Part shown: piece after piece, positions 36,047 through 45,234 of the stretch
Layout: each line of letters starts with the position of its first letter
How positions within the stretch are numbered: position 1 is the stretch's first letter
From: a virus
Lineage: Duplodnaviria > Caudoviricetes
IMG/VR virus record: IMGVR_UViG_3300045993_000204
Coordinates: 1-58,104 of that record
Reading direction: 5' to 3' (one strand)
Length of the DNA stretch: 58,104 nucleotides
The notes under the pieces: model-generated
Told to the model about the DNA's origin: nothing
The model's input: the letters and a program-made list of their open reading frames with translations, nothing else
Database searches by the model: none
Position numbers and translations under genes: made by a program

Positions 36047-36961
36047 ATGGCTACTCCAATGCGTAGTACGGACTTCCGCTCCGTAGTTGAGCCCATCATG
36101 AACGAAGTGTTCGATGGCGTGTATGATCAGCGTGCTGACGAATGGAAGATGATCTTCAAGGAGCAGAAGGGTATTCCCCGGAACTACCATGAAGAGCCTG
36201 TCCTTTATGGCTTTGGCGCGGCGCCTGAGCTGCCTGACGGCATGGCTGTCACGTACCAATCCGGTGGTGTGCTGTTCATTCAGCGTTACCTGTACAAGGT
36301 ATATGGCTTGGCCTTCGCCCTGACGAAAGTCTTGGTAGAAGACGGCGACCACATCCGTATCGGCCAGACCTATGCCCGTCACTTGGCCCAGTCGCTGATT
36401 GAGACAAAGGAGACTCTTGCTGCCAACATCATGAACCGTGCTTTCAACAGCTCGTATCTTGGTGGTGATGGTGTGTCGCTGGTGTCTACAGCACACCCGA
36501 TTGTTACTGGCACGTTCAGTAACCAACTGACTACTGCTGCTGCCTTGTCGCAGACCTCACTTGAGCAGTTGCTCATCCAGATCCGCAATGCTGTGGACAA
36601 CAACGGTAAGCGCATCCGCTTGACACCTAAGAAGATTGTTGCCGGTCCTTCTAATGTGTTCCAAGCTGAGACGCTGCTCAAGTCTGTCTTGCGTAGTGGT
36701 ACTGCTGACAATGACATCAACCCGGTGAAGAGCATGGGTCTGTTGTCTGAAGGTCAAGCCAATCTGTCGCGTATCACGTCGACCACCGCCTGGTGGATCC
36801 AGACTGATGCGCAAGACGGCCTGAAGCTGTTGATGCGTCGCGCCTTGGAGAAATCCATGGAAGGCGACTTCGAGACCGACTCTATGCGCTACAAGGCCAC
36901 AGAGCGTTACACTATGGGATGGACCGATCCCCGTGGTGTCTACGGTACAGCAGGCGTTTAA
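36047..36961 (+). CDS. Major capsid protein (Mu gpT-like, HK97 fold)
   Basis: Strong RBS; YGLAFALT, GGDGVSL.STAHP, DFETDSMRYKATERY..GW.DPR; terminator follows. Confidence 0.85.
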   Translation: MATPMRSTDFRSVVEPIMNEVFDGVYDQRADEWKMIFKEQKGIPRNYHEEPVLYGFGAAPELPDGMAVTYQSGGVLFIQRYLYKVYGLAFALTKVLVEDGDHIRIGQTYARHLAQSLIETKETLAANIMNRAFNSSYLGGDGVSLVSTAHPIVTGTFSNQLTTAAALSQTSLEQLLIQIRNAVDNNGKRIRLTPKKIVAGPSNVFQAETLLKSVLRSGTADNDINPVKSMGLLSEGQANLSRITSTTAWWIQTDAQDGLKLLMRRALEKSMEGDFETDSMRYKATERYTMGWTDPRGVYGTAGV

Positions 36962-36973
36962 TCTCTCCCTGGT

Positions 36974-37024
36974 GAAGTCCCGCAAGGGCTTAGCCCCCAC
37001 TCCTCAAAAGGGTGGGGGCCTTTT
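36974..37024 (+). terminator. Tandem hairpins / intrinsic terminator after the capsid gene
   Basis: aagtccc-gcaa-gggctt, then gcccccac...gtgggggc-ctttt. Confidence 0.7.
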
Positions 37025-37041
37025 AGGTGAAGGGGTATAGT

Positions 37042-37112
37042 GATGCGTCAGACAGCGAATCCCCACGCTGACAGCATGCAGACGGGCGCATCTTAATTCT
37101 CGCATGTGAGGA
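37042..37112 (+). ncRNA. Candidate cis-regulatory pseudoknot RNA
   Basis: gatgcgtc/gggcgcatc stem, cagcg/cgctg hairpin, loop gcatgc complementary to gcatgt beside the RBS. Confidence 0.45.
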
Positions 37113-37119
37113 ATCAATC

Positions 37120-37608
37120 ATGAGTTCTACTACTTTCTCTGGCCCGGTCACATCGACCAATGGCTTTGTTGGCGGCGTAGTTGCTGCCCCGGTTGCTGCA
37201 ACTGCCTCTACCTTGACTGTGACAGCTGCTACCCACGCAGGGCGCACCGTTGCTCTGAACCGTGCTGCAGGCATTGCTGTTACGTTGCCCGCAGCTACTG
37301 GCACGGGGGCAATCTACCGCTTTGTTATTGTTGCCGCACTGACCAGCAATACCACCACGATCAAAGTTGCAAACGCTTCTGATATCATGACGGGCAACGC
37401 CTATGTGGTCTCAGACGGGGCTGCAGCAGTGCTAGGCTACACAACGGGCGCATCTGACGACACCATCACCCTCAACGGCAGTACAACTGGCGGGCTGAAA
37501 GGCGATTTGATAACGGTGACAGACGTGGCCACAAACGTGTACCATGTCCTGGCCAATACTGCCGCTACAGGCACTGAAGCCACCCCGTTTAGCGCAACGG
37601 TAGCCTAA
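37120..37608 (+). CDS. Virion structural protein (capsid-associated)
   Basis: TTFSGPV.S.NGF...TLPAATG.G...TEATPF; Thr/Ala-rich. Confidence 0.65.
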   Translation: MSSTTFSGPVTSTNGFVGGVVAAPVAATASTLTVTAATHAGRTVALNRAAGIAVTLPAATGTGAIYRFVIVAALTSNTTTIKVANASDIMTGNAYVVSDGAAAVLGYTTGASDDTITLNGSTTGGLKGDLITVTDVATNVYHVLANTAATGTEATPFSATVA

Positions 37609-37611
37609 GCA

Positions 37612-37878
37612 ATGATCGCAAACAAACTCGGTTACCAACAGGTAGCTAATACAACTGCGGTGATAAAGGCTAGCCCTGCCGGGTTATTCTCAATCACCTG
37701 CATTGTGGGCGGCGCAGTAGTAGTGTACGACAACGCTACTGCTGGCAGCGGAACAGTGCTGTACACCAAGACCCTTGTAGCAGGGGATGTAGTTCACTGG
37801 GGCAGTCATGGTATTGCTGCCAACAACGGTCTCACAGTTGTGGTCACAACGGGAACTGCCAACATTGCTTTTACTTGA
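37612..37878 (+). CDS. Small virion protein
   Basis: Beta-rich ORF in the structural operon. Confidence 0.6.
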   Translation: MIANKLGYQQVANTTAVIKASPAGLFSITCIVGGAVVVYDNATAGSGTVLYTKTLVAGDVVHWGSHGIAANNGLTVVVTTGTANIAFT

Positions 37879-37886
37879 GGTGAACC

Positions 37887-38357
37887 ATGGGTGCTACTCT
37901 TAAATACGGTGACTGGGACTTCGGTCCCCAAAAGACACAAGTGAAAGCATACGCCCGGGGTGGCCCGGTCAAGAAGGAGCCCGGCTGTGGCTGCGGTGGT
38001 CCAGTTAATAAGGCTAAAGGTGGCACTGTAACAAAGTTGCCAGCAACCCCGGACTTAAACGCGAGGGCCTTAGAGCGAGTACAACAGATGCAAGCTACTA
38101 AGAGCGCAAAGCGTACAATGCCTGCATCCAATGCAAAAGACGGTATTCCGCTCAAGAAAGGGGGCGAAGTCGTTGAAAAAGAAACAGGCGAACGGTACCC
38201 TAGTAAAGCTGCTATGGACAAGCATGAAGCCTCTGAAGATCCCGTAGAGCACCAGGCTGAGATGCGGGTACCTGGCAAGCGCAAAGGTGTCCCTGTGATG
38301 CCTAGAGGACCTTTAATTGTAATTGCAATGGAACATAGTAAGCCTCCAAAAAAGTAG
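37887..38357 (+). CDS. Basic protein with four xxGGxV motifs
   Basis: YARGGPV, CGCGGPV, KAKGGTV, LKKGGEV; gaggt RBS. Confidence 0.7.
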   Translation: MGATLKYGDWDFGPQKTQVKAYARGGPVKKEPGCGCGGPVNKAKGGTVTKLPATPDLNARALERVQQMQATKSAKRTMPASNAKDGIPLKKGGEVVEKETGERYPSKAAMDKHEASEDPVEHQAEMRVPGKRKGVPVMPRGPLIVIAMEHSKPPKK

Positions 38358-38438
38358 CTTACACGTATCGATTTTACGATATAATCAACGTAAGGCCGCT
38401 GCACAAGCTGCCATTCTAGCTATCTTAGTGGAGTGGAC

Positions 38439-39419
38439 ATGGCCTTTTCTGGCAACGTTAGTACAACAACCTTTAACGCCAATAGCGTGATTGATCATGC
38501 TTTTCGGCGTTGTAGGTTGTCTGCTCAGCAAATCACCTCAGAGATGCAGGCCTACGCGCTTGACAACCTCTACTTGCTGACCTCCGAGATAGCCAACATC
38601 AAGACCCCGTCTTGGTGTATCGAGAAGCTAGTACTCCCATTCTACGAGAATCAGCCCGTCATCACCCTGCCTTTGGGGACTGTTGGGGTGCTAAACGCAA
38701 ACTATAGGACTACACAGACAGTAACGGGTACAGAGCTTACGGCCGCCCAGTCCTGGACCTGCATACTTGACAGTGCTACCATTGTCAACACTGTAGGTAT
38801 CAAATGGGCGGCGGCAGCGGTACCTGTTACTTTCCAAGTGAGTTCTGACTACGCAACCTGGACCACTGTAGGCACCTCTTCAGCCAGCGCCCGCGCTGGG
38901 GAAATTACTTGGACTGACATCTCTGGGGCAATGGAGTACCAGTACTTCAGATTTACCGCTACCAGCGCGTTTTCGCTCACTTCAGTTACCTTAGGCAATA
39001 GCCCACAGGAAATACCTTTCGGGGTGCTGAACCGGGATACTTACACCAACCAGAGCAACAAAGTGTTTCCAGGTCGTCCAAACAGCTTCTGGTTTCAAAG
39101 AGATCTAGTTCAACCGGTACTAAATCTGTGGCCTGCCCCCAACTTAGCCGCAGAAGCAGCCCAGTTGGTGGTATGGCGGCATAGGCACATTATGGATACT
39201 TCTACGCTTATACAAGACGTAGAGGTTCCGCAGCGTTGGCTAGAAGCTATTGTAGCTGGTCTTGCGGCTAAAGTGGCGCAAGAATCGCCCCAAGTTGCTG
39301 TAGAGCTTATCCCGTTGCTTGAGCAAAAATACGTAGTTGCTCGTCAGATAGCGTTTGACGGGGACAATGACGGTAGCCCAACATTCATTCAGCCTGCAAT
39401 AGGCTGCTACACAAGATGA
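38439..39419 (+). CDS. Probable head-tail adaptor / tail tubular protein
   Basis: I..AFRRC...LWPAP...VPQRWLEA...LA pattern; position in the operon. Confidence 0.6.
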   Translation: MAFSGNVSTTTFNANSVIDHAFRRCRLSAQQITSEMQAYALDNLYLLTSEIANIKTPSWCIEKLVLPFYENQPVITLPLGTVGVLNANYRTTQTVTGTELTAAQSWTCILDSATIVNTVGIKWAAAAVPVTFQVSSDYATWTTVGTSSASARAGEITWTDISGAMEYQYFRFTATSAFSLTSVTLGNSPQEIPFGVLNRDTYTNQSNKVFPGRPNSFWFQRDLVQPVLNLWPAPNLAAEAAQLVVWRHRHIMDTSTLIQDVEVPQRWLEAIVAGLAAKVAQESPQVAVELIPLLEQKYVVARQIAFDGDNDGSPTFIQPAIGCYTR

Positions 39420-39721
39420 GCAGCCGTTATATTGACCCAACGGGCCAGCCTACCTATGGCATTGGCATCTGTGGGAGGTGCTCCCGCAAGATGGTCTTGT
39501 CTGAGCTGATGAGTGACCCCAACAGCCCAGGCTTGAAGGTGTGCGCCGATGACTTGGACGACTATGATCCGTACCGTCTGGCCCCGCGCAAGGCTGACCA
39601 GATAGCGCTGCCCTTTGCCCGCCCGGACACCTCTGTTGCCACTCGCCCGTCAGGTCTCATTCAAGAGGCTGGCGATGAATTCATGACCACCGAAGACGGT
39701 GAAGGTTACTTGGTGATCTGA
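39416..39721 (+). CDS. Small Cys-containing structural-region protein
   Basis: ICGRC...GLKVC...D.YDP...RPD. Confidence 0.65.
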   Translation: MSSRYIDPTGQPTYGIGICGRCSRKMVLSELMSDPNSPGLKVCADDLDDYDPYRLAPRKADQIALPFARPDTSVATRPSGLIQEAGDEFMTTEDGEGYLVI

Positions 39722-41724
39722 TGACTGTACCCTCCAATCTGATACCCACACGGATAACCCAGCTGCCGGACGCGCCGAGTGCTGATCCAGCAGGCTTGCT
39801 AATCTATGTGCTGAACGGCGTAACGTACAAGATTGCTGCGGGTGACCTGCTGCAAGTGTCAGGGGTGCCTACCAGCACGCAGGTGATTGCAGGTACAGGG
39901 ATGACCGGGGGCGGCGCGCTGACAGGCGACGTCACTCTGAGCATTGTCCCGGGCGGGGTAGGCACAACACAGTTAGCCGCCTCTGGAGTTACTGCAGGCA
40001 GCTATGGCTCAGCCACTTCGGTCCCTGTATTCACTGTTGATGCTACTGGCCGGGTAATGGCGGTATCAGAAGCCACTATTGCACTGTCCGGCTTTGTACC
40101 CACCACAAGGCAAGTGATTGCAGGAACGGGGCTCTCAGGCGGGGGTGAGCTTACAGCTAACGTCACACTTGATGCCAACCTGTCAGATGTGCTACCGCGA
40201 GTGGGGAGCAATACAGGGGTTGCAGGAGTTTCGGACGGCATTTCCCGGGATGACCATCAGCACCCTGCTGTTGAATTGGCTGATGACACGCAAGTTAACG
40301 GACTGCTAGGGCTGGACAATGGGGGTACTGCCAAGAGTATTGTGCCCGCAGCAGGTGCACCTGTTTGGTCTGGTGCTGACGGTCTCTACGTTGGTACTGC
40401 AGGGATCGCAGGGCAAGTCTACGTCTCAGGAGGGCCTGATATGCCTTCCTGGGGATCAGCCCTGCTTATCAGTGACCAAGTTGCTAACATTGTGTACGCC
40501 GGTCCTGCGTCCGGCCCTGCTGCGCCTACAGGATTCAGGGCATTGGTAGATGCAGACATGCCTGTGATAAGCGCTGCGCACGGAGGGACCGGGCAAGTCA
40601 CACTCCAGGCGTCAATGAATACGCTGGCGGCTGGGGTAACTTCCGGCCAGTATCTTCGAGGCGACGGGCTGAATGTAACAATGAGTGCTCTTCAACTAGG
40701 TGACTTGCCTGTGGTTGACATTGTACATGGAGGCACCGGCGCGTCTGATGCCCCTACAGCGCTGACTAACTTGGGCGCCTACCCGGCAAGCAACCCTTCT
40801 GGGTACGCCCCAGGCACTGTGACCTCAGTCTCTGTTGTTACAGCTAATGGCTTTGCTGGGACTGTGGCAACAGACACGCTAACCCCTGCAATCACCCTTA
40901 CAACCGACCTAACGGGATTGCTCAAGGGGAATGGCACGGCAATGTCCGCTGCCGTCGCAAACACCGATTACGTGCCTGCAGTGATGACCACAGCGGGCGA
41001 CGTCATGTATGGCGGGGTTGCAGGCGCTGCTACGCGCTTGGGCATCGGGTCAGCCAATACAGTCCTACACGGAGGAGCAGCTGCCCCGTCTTACTCAGCT
41101 GTGGTTGAGGCTGACATCAGCTTGTCGGCCAACAGCACTAATGACGTTGACATCACAAGGCATGGCTTCTGCCCGGTGCTGCCCAACAACGCCAGCTTGT
41201 TCTTGAACGGCCAAGGCAACTACACCCTGCCGTCAGGGGTAACGCTTGCTGCTTCCTATGCTGAGGTGGCCTTCAGCGGCCAGACTTCAGTCAACGTGGT
41301 GCACAACTTTGGTGCCTACCCGGTGGTGCAGGTTGTGGACAATACAGGGGCTGTGTTTGTACCCCTGTCCATAGTAAACAACACAGTAAACGACTTCACT
41401 GCTACCTTTGCTATTAGCACTACGGGCACCATAATTGCATCTGTTGGAAGCCCCCAACCCCAGGCGCTAACAATCACCGCTGCCAACTATACAGTGCTCC
41501 CTACAGACCGAATTGTACAGGAGACCTCTGGCGGCAAGACCATCACGCTCTACACCGCTGTTGGCAATACTGGGCGGGAAGTGGTAATTAACAACGCAAG
41601 TTCAGGTGGCTTGACAGTCAATACTACAAGCTCCCAGACAATCAGTGCCCAGCTCACGCAAACCCTGCCTTCTTTGTCGAGTATGACTGTGTACTCGGAT
41701 GGCGCTTCATGGTGGATCATCTAA
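39721..41724 (+). CDS. Tail fibre protein
   Basis: AGTG(M/L).GGG.L and GGTG repeats; 667 aa. Confidence 0.75.
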   Translation: MTVPSNLIPTRITQLPDAPSADPAGLLIYVLNGVTYKIAAGDLLQVSGVPTSTQVIAGTGMTGGGALTGDVTLSIVPGGVGTTQLAASGVTAGSYGSATSVPVFTVDATGRVMAVSEATIALSGFVPTTRQVIAGTGLSGGGELTANVTLDANLSDVLPRVGSNTGVAGVSDGISRDDHQHPAVELADDTQVNGLLGLDNGGTAKSIVPAAGAPVWSGADGLYVGTAGIAGQVYVSGGPDMPSWGSALLISDQVANIVYAGPASGPAAPTGFRALVDADMPVISAAHGGTGQVTLQASMNTLAAGVTSGQYLRGDGLNVTMSALQLGDLPVVDIVHGGTGASDAPTALTNLGAYPASNPSGYAPGTVTSVSVVTANGFAGTVATDTLTPAITLTTDLTGLLKGNGTAMSAAVANTDYVPAVMTTAGDVMYGGVAGAATRLGIGSANTVLHGGAAAPSYSAVVEADISLSANSTNDVDITRHGFCPVLPNNASLFLNGQGNYTLPSGVTLAASYAEVAFSGQTSVNVVHNFGAYPVVQVVDNTGAVFVPLSIVNNTVNDFTATFAISTTGTIIASVGSPQPQALTITAANYTVLPTDRIVQETSGGKTITLYTAVGNTGREVVINNASSGGLTVNTTSSQTISAQLTQTLPSLSSMTVYSDGASWWII

Positions 41725-42969
41725 ATGTCCTACTTCACGCAAGTTTCTTACGCTGACTCAGGGAGCCTGGACGCCTTCAGCAGGCTCCGTGTGTCCACCC
41801 CTGACGTGCTATTTTCTACCCAGAATCAGTACGATGCGGACCCTCTTCAAATGGAGGCTTTTGTTTCAGGCACGGGGGGTGCCCCCGCGCACAACGCCAA
41901 CACAAGAATGGTGGCGCTGAGTTGCACGGCGGGCACGGGGGTTTGTGCTTTTCAAAGCTACCAATATTCACCTTACGCGCCAGGCAAGAGCCACTTCATT
42001 GCTGTGACCGGGGTGCTTGGCACTGGGGTAGCAGGCACCACTGTAGACACTGGGTACTTTGACGACGCCAATGGCGTTATTTTCCGCCAGAATGGGGTAA
42101 CTAACCTGCAGTTAATCCTACGAACGAGCACTAGCGGGGCCGTGTCCGACGCTAATATTTTTGCTCAGAGCGCCTGGAACATAGACAAGATGGACGGCAC
42201 TGGGGCTTCTGGTCTTACACTAGACGTGACTAAAGCCTTCATCTTGCTCATAGACCTCCAGTTCTTGGGCATGGGCCGTGTGCGTGTTGGGTTTGACATC
42301 AACGGGGTGGTGTACTATGTCCATCAGTTTGAGAACGCCAACAACTTGGCTTTACCCTACATGCAGTCAGCCACGCTGCCTGTACAGATGCTGCTTACAG
42401 CTACGGCTTCTGCCGCTACTAAAACCTGCTACTTCAAGTGCGCTTCTGTTATCAGTGAAGGCGGGGACATTGGGGACTACGGGTTTGCTATGTCTACCCC
42501 TAATGCAACCGCAACTGCTGGGAACAATACTCGGGTGCATCTGTTATCTATCCGGCCTAAGACCACTTTCAATGCGCTACCTAGTAGGGGGCTGTTCATC
42601 CTAGACGACTTCAACTTGGTGGTAACGGGTGCCCGGGAAGTTTATTATGAAATAGTTACGGGGGCTGCTTTTACAGTCGCCCCTACTTATGCTAACGTAA
42701 ACACTACTTACTCAGCTTATGAGTATGGCACAGCGGGCACCTTTAGCAACTTGACAACAGGCATAATTCTGTATTCAGGGTACGTTGGTTCGGCTGTAAA
42801 CACCAATGTGGTTAATCGTACCTTTGACCGTAAGCTCTCCCTGCATAACCCCATCAGTCTTAATAGAGCAGGGGCAGCTAGACCGATGGGCACTTTGTCT
42901 GTGCTTGTAACAGGGCTAGGGGCCACCTCTGCTGTCCAAGGCAATATCAACTTCACAGAGGTGCGGTAA
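41725..42969 (+). CDS. Tail-associated beta-rich protein
   Basis: DAFSRLRVSTP, Y.PGKS, D.QFLG.GRVR.GF. Confidence 0.6.
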   Translation: MSYFTQVSYADSGSLDAFSRLRVSTPDVLFSTQNQYDADPLQMEAFVSGTGGAPAHNANTRMVALSCTAGTGVCAFQSYQYSPYAPGKSHFIAVTGVLGTGVAGTTVDTGYFDDANGVIFRQNGVTNLQLILRTSTSGAVSDANIFAQSAWNIDKMDGTGASGLTLDVTKAFILLIDLQFLGMGRVRVGFDINGVVYYVHQFENANNLALPYMQSATLPVQMLLTATASAATKTCYFKCASVISEGGDIGDYGFAMSTPNATATAGNNTRVHLLSIRPKTTFNALPSRGLFILDDFNLVVTGAREVYYEIVTGAAFTVAPTYANVNTTYSAYEYGTAGTFSNLTTGIILYSGYVGSAVNTNVVNRTFDRKLSLHNPISLNRAGAARPMGTLSVLVTGLGATSAVQGNINFTEVR

Positions 42970-43214
42970 TGAGAATTGACAACCCCACGCTGACCACCCC
43001 GGCTAGTGGGGTATTGACTAACTGTACTGGTACCGCAGTAGGGCTGACTGCTGGGTTAGCTACTGCGCTGGCAGGCGGAGCAGCTAGCCAAGTCCCTTAT
43101 CAAACTGGGGCGGGCACTACAGCATTCATTGCAAACGGAACCGCCGGGCAGATCTTTACTTCAGCTGGGGCACTTGCCCCAACTTGGACCGGTATTTCCG
43201 GAGGAACATTCTAA
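42969..43214 (+). CDS. Short tail-fibre-like protein ending in GGTF
   Basis: TPASGVLTNCTG...LAGGAASQVPYQ...ISGGTF. Confidence 0.6.
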   Translation: MRIDNPTLTTPASGVLTNCTGTAVGLTAGLATALAGGAASQVPYQTGAGTTAFIANGTAGQIFTSAGALAPTWTGISGGTF

Positions 43215-43223
43215 GGACCAATC

Positions 43224-43535
43224 ATGGCAGCAACAAATTACACCCCCATCCAGTTGTACTACAGTACAACAAACACCACTGTCCCTACGGCGGGCAACCT
43301 GCTGCCTGGTGAGCTAGGCTTCAATATTAACAGTGCTGACTTCAGCCTTTACGCTGAAAATTCCCTCGGCACAGTGACCCGCTTGATGAACAACCCGGCA
43401 GGGCTTAAGTACCCGACTGCTGACGGGACTAGCGGGCAAGCGGTAGTCACTAACGGGTCAGGTACTCTGTCTTTCGGGACTGCCGGTATCACAACGGGTA
43501 AGAGTATCGCAATGGCAATTGTTTTTGGATTCTAG
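43224..43535 (+). CDS. Tail fibre adaptor-like protein
   Basis: TPIQLY.S...P.AGNL..GELG.N; GKSIAMAIVFG C-terminus. Confidence 0.6.
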   Translation: MAATNYTPIQLYYSTTNTTVPTAGNLLPGELGFNINSADFSLYAENSLGTVTRLMNNPAGLKYPTADGTSGQAVVTNGSGTLSFGTAGITTGKSIAMAIVFGF

Positions 43536-43544
43536 GAGCTAAAC

Positions 43545-43940
43545 ATGGCAAACCCCAACATCGTCAACGTCACGACTATTAACGGCGTAACTACCTACTA
43601 CACACCTAGCGGTACCACTGCCGTGGTGCTCCTCACCAACGCCGCTTCCAGCGGCAAGGTGTATAAGATCAACCAGATTGTGGCAGCTAATGTGGACGGT
43701 ACTAACGCCATCAACACCACAGTCAGCCTGTACACCAACGGGGCGGTAGCTCAAGGTTCAGCGCCTTCTGGCGGTACAGCATACCCTATTGCCTCTACTA
43801 TCTCAGTCCCGGCCAATGCATCACTGATTGTTGTAGGTAAGACTACAGCAATTTACCTGCAAGAAGGCACTTGCATCAGTGTCACCTCAGGCACAGCAAG
43901 CAAGATTACATACTCAATCTCCTACGAGGATATTTCCTAA
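43545..43940 (+). CDS. Tail-associated protein
   Basis: MANPNIVNVTTI...SYEDIS; aggag RBS. Confidence 0.65.
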   Translation: MANPNIVNVTTINGVTTYYTPSGTTAVVLLTNAASSGKVYKINQIVAANVDGTNAINTTVSLYTNGAVAQGSAPSGGTAYPIASTISVPANASLIVVGKTTAIYLQEGTCISVTSGTASKITYSISYEDIS

Positions 43941-44804
43941 ATGTCGCGCCGCTATAAAGGTGGCGTAATTTCGGCCACCGCTATTACCACCTCGTCCACT
44001 ACTGCAACAGGAGTATTTACACTTCAGCAGCAGATGCAGGCTAAGGCGGCTAGCTTGTGGCCTACACCAATACCCCCGGGACAGCAGGATTTTATTCAGG
44101 CAACATACTCAGTTGGGGAAGTGCTGTCATGGACGGCCCCTACTGGGGTTACTAGCATAAGCGTGCTGGTAGTGTGCGGTGGGACATTCAATTCTGGCGG
44201 CGGTTTGTCTTACAGGAATAATTACGCAGTTACCCCCGGGAATACTTACAAACTAACTCTTGGTGGAAATGGCAGTCGGTCTATTTTTTATAACAATGCT
44301 GCAGGAGATGTACAAGCCTGTGCAGCTAGTTCAGATGGAGCGATAGGCGTAGGTACTGCGACATATTACGCAGGTACTGGCTGGGGCGCAGCTTCCGCTG
44401 GATATTCTTCAAATGGGCCTGTTCAATACGGAGCGCCTGATGATACTGCGGCGACTGGTGCTAGCGGGTTAGGCGGTTCAGGAGGAAATGGGGGAAGTTG
44501 GACAAGCACTGATCCTCCGGGCGCTGCCTTTGCAGCAGGAGGGGGCATCGGGTTGCTTGGGCAAGGAAGTAACGGTGCAGGGGGCACAGCTACTTTCGGG
44601 GGTGCAGTTAACGGCGGAGCGGGCGGCTCAGGAGGGGCGGACGGTCAGGGGGCCGCAGGCAAGAGTATTGCAGCTAACGGGGGCACCTATGGCGGTGGAG
44701 GCAATAACGGTAACGGAACCCCACAAGGCGGTAAAACAGCCATTCGTGTCATCTGGCCAGGAACCGCACGCCAATTCCCGTCAACACGTACTACAAACGA
44801 ATAG
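43941..44804 (+). CDS. Glycine-rich putative receptor-binding protein
   Basis: WTAPTGVTSISV, GGYGGGG-like tracts, IRVIWPG..RQFPST. Confidence 0.65.
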   Translation: MSRRYKGGVISATAITTSSTTATGVFTLQQQMQAKAASLWPTPIPPGQQDFIQATYSVGEVLSWTAPTGVTSISVLVVCGGTFNSGGGLSYRNNYAVTPGNTYKLTLGGNGSRSIFYNNAAGDVQACAASSDGAIGVGTATYYAGTGWGAASAGYSSNGPVQYGAPDDTAATGASGLGGSGGNGGSWTSTDPPGAAFAAGGGIGLLGQGSNGAGGTATFGGAVNGGAGGSGGADGQGAAGKSIAANGGTYGGGGNNGNGTPQGGKTAIRVIWPGTARQFPSTRTTNE

Positions 44805-44813
44805 GAACAAACC

Positions 44814-45227
44814 ATGTGGATCAATACAAACACGCTCGGAGTTTTCAACTTGCATTCAGACATTCGCTATGAGTGCTGGAAAGAGAAAGTCGAGTTGCCT
44901 GGGGTGCTGACTGATGAAGTACTGGCCCAATACGGGTATGCCGTTGTAGAGCGTACGCAACCTGTTTACGACGATATTACGCAAGGCATACGGGCGCTTA
45001 CTCCTGTGCTTGCAGATGGGGTCTGGGCACAGCAGTGGGAGGTCTATGCGCTCGACCCCGCTATTGTACTTAATAACCAGAATGCGCTAGCCGCGCGTGA
45101 GCGCAGTGGCAAGATGCAGCAGCTAATGCTGCTAGACAGCAAGACTATTCGGGCGCTGCGCGAAGGTAATACGGAACGCATAGCTGCACTAGAAATCGAA
45201 GCCATCGCCATCCGAGCAACACTGTAG
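44814..45227 (+). CDS. Tail fibre assembly/chaperone-like protein
   Basis: L..YGY..V....P.YD..TQ.....P....G.W.Q.W pattern. Confidence 0.55.
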   Translation: MWINTNTLGVFNLHSDIRYECWKEKVELPGVLTDEVLAQYGYAVVERTQPVYDDITQGIRALTPVLADGVWAQQWEVYALDPAIVLNNQNALAARERSGKMQQLMLLDSKTIRALREGNTERIAALEIEAIAIRATL

Positions 45228-45234
45228 GTTAAGC

